Positions 54,879 through 57,989 of a stretch of DNA of 57,989 nt are shown piece by piece; position 1 is the first letter of the stretch; every line of letters starts with the position of its first letter. The notes under the pieces were generated by a model. The model had not been told where the DNA came from. It saw nothing but the letters and a program-made list of their open reading frames with translations, and ran no database searches. This DNA comes from a virus. Lineage: Duplodnaviria > Caudoviricetes. A program made the translations under genes and the position numbers. The stretch lies in the IMG/VR virus record IMGVR_UViG_3300012922_000008, positions 1 to 57,989 of that record. One strand, written 5' to 3'.

Positions 54879-55852
54879 TTAGACACAAAATCCCCTGGGT
54901 CTTTAACAAGGGACTCAATGCCGTTCATTGCAAGATTGTGCACTTGTGGTTTCCAGCCTTTATTAAATAAACCATAACGCCCAAAAGTTGTCAAATAATT
55001 CAAAAGGTACTTATTTTTGGTAATCAACGCCCTAGCTGCTTTTTGGTTATTCTCATTAATAATACCAATAACTTCCATCTCATCAGCTTGCCATAAGTCT
55101 TGAGCTTTACTATCAACTAAGGCCAATACACCCCTTACAATCTCAAATGCCAAATTCGTAATCCCCGGATGTGATAGCACAGGCGAACTTAGAACTCTAT
55201 ACTCTAATCCATGAGGTGGTAGTCTATACTCTCCAGCTAATCCGTAGTACTCTCGTCGTTTATTACTCTCTAAATGTGCTCCTGCTGCAACAAAGAACAC
55301 TCCAAGAACCGCATCTAACGCTTTCACATAAGGCACAAATTTATTCATTTGAGCTTCAGGAGTCTTGTAATGAGGCCCCCACCCAGACATATGAACATGA
55401 ACTCCATTAAACCTATATCTCAACTTACGCGGGTCCCCACAATCTCTACCTCCCATGTGATAAGCATTATGTGATGGGTCACAGCCTAGAATAACATATT
55501 GTTCAGGAGTCTTCTTCAACACATCAATAGGAATCATCGGAGCGTTATCAAGTACTAATGAAGCTCCATTAGACTTCTCCCAAATACCTTTCAATCCATT
55601 CCTAATTGAATCAACAAGATAAGCTATACATCCATGTGGACGCGCGCCTAGCTCAGCTTGGAATCCATCATTGTAAATTGTAGCGCCATAGTCATTCCCT
55701 TGTTTTAAAACTTCTACTTTAACCGGCTTATCCTTGGGCGGAAGAAACTCAAACGCAGGCAATATCTTCCCATCCTTACTCCTAGAGAATATCTCCGGGT
55801 CTGAACCAAACTCATAATGCCTAAATCGTTGGATACGTGAGAAGTCCTGCAA
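54803..55852 (-). CDS. phiEco32-like COOH.NH2 ligase type 2 (copy 3)
   Basis: GSDPEIF, GCDPSHNAY, HVHM, RREYYGLAGEYR..PHGLEYRVLS. Confidence 0.9.
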   Translation of the reverse strand: MQDFSRIQRFRHYEFGSDPEIFSRSKDGKILPAFEFLPPKDKPVKVEVLKQGNDYGATIYNDGFQAELGARPHGCIAYLVDSIRNGLKGIWEKSNGASLVLDNAPMIPIDVLKKTPEQYVILGCDPSHNAYHMGGRDCGDPRKLRYRFNGVHVHMSGWGPHYKTPEAQMNKFVPYVKALDAVLGVFFVAAGAHLESNKRREYYGLAGEYRLPPHGLEYRVLSSPVLSHPGITNLAFEIVRGVLALVDSKAQDLWQADEMEVIGIINENNQKAARALITKNKYLLNYLTTFGRYGLFNKGWKPQVHNLAMNGIESLVKDPGDFVSNWKFNQPWTGHGDGSMESWAKLSNQ

Positions 55853-56042
55853 GTTTAATCTCCTTCCTTACAACATCAGGTTCAACAGGCTCCTGATGTT
55901 TAACTGCATGGTCTTTATCAATATGATGCAACCTACACTGTTCACACCAAAGTAAATCCACAACCTCAATCATATCGCCCCTAATAACAGTTACAGTCCC
56001 CGGTCGTGGTCTAAATAGAGCCATTATCGTGTTATAATCCAC
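55821..56042 (-). CDS. Hypothetical protein
   Basis: CEQC..HH; co-linear with the operon. Confidence 0.5.
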   Translation of the reverse strand: MDYNTIMALFRPRPGTVTVIRGDMIEVVDLLWCEQCRLHHIDKDHAVKHQEPVEPDVVRKEIKLAGLLTYPTI

Positions 56043-56268
56043 CCTTCATCTCCGGTATTGCAATTCGTTCCCACATTCTCCTATGACAACTAACACATTC
56101 CATCCTGGTATTCATTATTCCAGGGTCGATAGAACTTGCCCATGCTGCTGTCAATCTCATCCCCAGTAACCTACTACAAAACTTACAATCAACAGCACTT
56201 TCAAACTCAAACTCTTTATACTGAGGTTGAACCGTTCCCATCTCGGACATTTGGCATTTCTCTCTCAA
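56032..56268 (-). CDS. Small CxxC protein
   Basis: CKFC...CVSC. Confidence 0.5.
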   Translation of the reverse strand: MREKCQMSEMGTVQPQYKEFEFESAVDCKFCSRLLGMRLTAAWASSIDPGIMNTRMECVSCHRRMWERIAIPEMKGGL

Positions 56269-56497
56269 CCGCAGTAATTTTAACTACATTAGCTGAAGTA
56301 AACACATCTACTTGCCCTGCCTTCAACTTATTCTCCCTAATTACAGTCATCGGCTGCCCAATAGTAATCTTATGTGGCCAAGCAGCAAGCTTACCAGACG
56401 CCATTACTTCCTTATTCTCAAGAATCCTAACCCAAGTCTTAGCCGTCCTATCCAAGCGCCACGTTGTACCACTGGATGTGAGTATATCTAAAATCAT
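56216..56497 (-). CDS. Hypothetical protein (paralog A)
   Basis: TSSGTTWRL...WP...IG..., similar to the next gene. Confidence 0.65.
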   Translation of the reverse strand: MILDILTSSGTTWRLDRTAKTWVRILENKEVMASGKLAAWPHKITIGQPMTVIRENKLKAGQVDVFTSANVVKITAVEREMPNVRDGNGSTSV

Positions 56498-56727
56498 TAC
56501 AATATCTCCGTTACTAACGAAGTCCTCACTATGTGAACATTAAATCCTTCTTTAATCGTATCATCTTGAAGGAACGCCGGGAAGCCGATTGCAAGGTAGG
56601 GCCACGTAATTAAATGTCCGTGCTCATTTCTAATTGGACCAGACTTACTAGTAGTTCCTAATCTTTTCCAAGTCATCTTCTTCTTGTTTAGGCTATAGGT
56701 TGAGCCTGATTCAGTTTTGAATCTCAT
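56497..56727 (-). CDS. Hypothetical protein (paralog B)
   Basis: TESGSTYSL...WP...IG...TS.V..I. Confidence 0.65.
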   Translation of the reverse strand: MRFKTESGSTYSLNKKKMTWKRLGTTSKSGPIRNEHGHLITWPYLAIGFPAFLQDDTIKEGFNVHIVRTSLVTEIL

Positions 56728-56970
56728 TTAACCTTCGCCTCCAATCTCATAGCCTTGATATAGCCAATCAAAATAGTTATACTCCGACTCATGTGCTGTG
56801 CTAATCCTCTGTACAGGCTCAACAGGTTCAACTGAAGCCTCAGTTAGTGGACGCTTTTCGACCAACAAAGTCGGGTCCCATGACTTATTATCCAACCAAT
56901 TATAGCTCATGGTAAATCTCCTTCCTTCCCAACAAACCAAATTGTAATAAACGGCACTAAATTTACACAA
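56728..56970 (-). CDS. Hypothetical protein (likely start at the internal ATG, MSYNW)
   Basis: AAGGAG precedes the internal ATG. Confidence 0.5.
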   Translation of the reverse strand: MCKFSAVYYNLVCWEGRRFTMSYNWLDNKSWDPTLLVEKRPLTEASVEPVEPVQRISTAHESEYNYFDWLYQGYEIGGEG

Positions 56971-57045
56971 AGTCTGTTATATATAGCCGCATAATGTATG
57001 CCAATCCAACAACTACCCCATCTAAACAGTAAACCAATCCGTAAA

Positions 57046-57576
57046 TCAAGCTTCCCTATTTGAAGGTGAAGGAATCTCATTCCCAAACTCCTTATCTAAT
57101 ATCAACGCCCCGCTCACCTTAGCCTGTAACTCTTCTTTTATATCATTTGGCGCTTGACTATTAGCTATACTTACAGCAGCCTCAACTGCCGCTAATCTAG
57201 CGCACATACAGCCTTTTCCATGCTGCTTAGGCGCAAAGCACTTAATCTTCGCCCTATGTCTAAACACCCTCATACTCTTAATCTTCTTCTCTACCTGCTG
57301 AAGAATACTATCATAGATATTACAGTCGAAACCATTAATACTCCTAGCAGTACTAACAACCATAAAGCATCTAGCAACGCGCCTAACCGCGTCTCCATAA
57401 CTCGTAATACCAGAAATTTCATCTTTGCGACCAAAGTAAGTTGATATCCTAGCATATTCTCCATGATATAAGCTCGGTAAACCATCTCCTTCACCTGCAA
57501 CTAGTTTAGATAACTGTTGTTTAGCACAATCTAAAGCAATCTTATCTTCCTTATAAGTCTCAAGTGAATAGGACAT
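57046..57576 (-). CDS. Hypothetical protein
   Basis: AAAGGA RBS, 176 aa. Confidence 0.6.
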   Translation of the reverse strand: MSYSLETYKEDKIALDCAKQQLSKLVAGEGDGLPSLYHGEYARISTYFGRKDEISGITSYGDAVRRVARCFMVVSTARSINGFDCNIYDSILQQVEKKIKSMRVFRHRAKIKCFAPKQHGKGCMCARLAAVEAAVSIANSQAPNDIKEELQAKVSGALILDKEFGNEIPSPSNREA

Positions 57577-57700
57577 CTTGTCCTTTCTTATAGCGCCAAA
57601 TGATAGATAACTATGATAATTGTCTCACTACCACCTTCAAGCAAAGGTCTAGCAGCAATAGATACTTCAACAGACTCAAACTTGTTAGCTTGAAACCACT

Positions 57701-57895
57701 CTATATAGTTTCTGGTTGATACTTGGGTTGGTCCAAAGAACACACGTGTTTCAAGCACTGAAAACCTCCGTTTGCTTTATTGGTTAAGTTCCGTAAGCGC
57801 CTATCCTCACGCTTATTAACCGCACGCTGGATAGATACAGCATGACGCTCTTTATACTTATTTATCCACGCTTGATACGTAATGATATCTTCCAA
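57701..57895 (-). CDS. Hypothetical protein
   Basis: GGAGG RBS before TTG. Confidence 0.55.
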   Translation of the reverse strand: MEDIITYQAWINKYKERHAVSIQRAVNKREDRRLRNLTNKANGGFQCLKHVCSLDQPKYQPETI

Positions 57896-57902
57896 GAATT
57901 AC

Positions 57903-57989
57903 CTCCCACTCCTACTCCAACTCCCACTCCTACTCCAACTCCCACTCCTACTCCAACTCCCACTCCTACTCCAACTCCCACTCCTACTC
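57903..57989. repeat. Perfect 18-bp tandem repeat (CTCCCACTCCTACTCCAA, ~4.8 copies, runs off the window)
   Basis: Units start at 57903, 57921, 57939, 57957 and 57975 (partial). Confidence 0.97.

Noticed and set aside
386-57895. Stop-codon reassignment or reverse-transcriptase/DGR system
   Set aside because: Genes are intact and tightly packed in the standard code; no RT motifs or TR/VR repeat pair noticed
57903-57989. CRISPR array or telomere-like end
   Set aside because: Head-to-tail repeats with no spacers; open reading frames through the repeat explain it more simply

Overview
The window is a large part (possibly most) of a tailed dsDNA phage genome with podovirus-like organisation, built as two convergent arms. 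The + strand (~386-34092) carries packaging and morphogenesis genes: TerS candidate, TerL, portal, scaffold, N4-gp56-like major capsid, tail/fibre proteins, GH108 endolysin with a 3TM holin, and large internal virion proteins. It also carries a tRNA-Thr(UGU), a trypsin-like protease, a histidine phosphatase and an HNH gene. The - strand (~33655-57989) carries replication and early genes: a UDG-fused family A polymerase, AAA_25 and AAA_24 ATPases, an SSB-like protein, a Cas4-like nuclease, an ECF-type sigma factor, dNMP kinase, a nucleotidase and two metallophosphoesterases. It also holds an expanded phiEco32-like amide/peptide-ligation cluster (3 COOH.NH2 ligases, ATP-grasp, class II GATase, GGCT, GNAT). 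The most unusual signals are: a ~560-nt highly base-paired non-coding element with crossing long-range helices inside the ligase cluster; a second ~190-nt structured element 14 kb away with a tract complementary to the first; an apparent ACG start codon on the GATase; and an apparently catalytically dead tyrosine-recombinase-like gene interlocked antisense with an RlpA gene. All calls come from motif reading by eye; no searches or folding programs were run.
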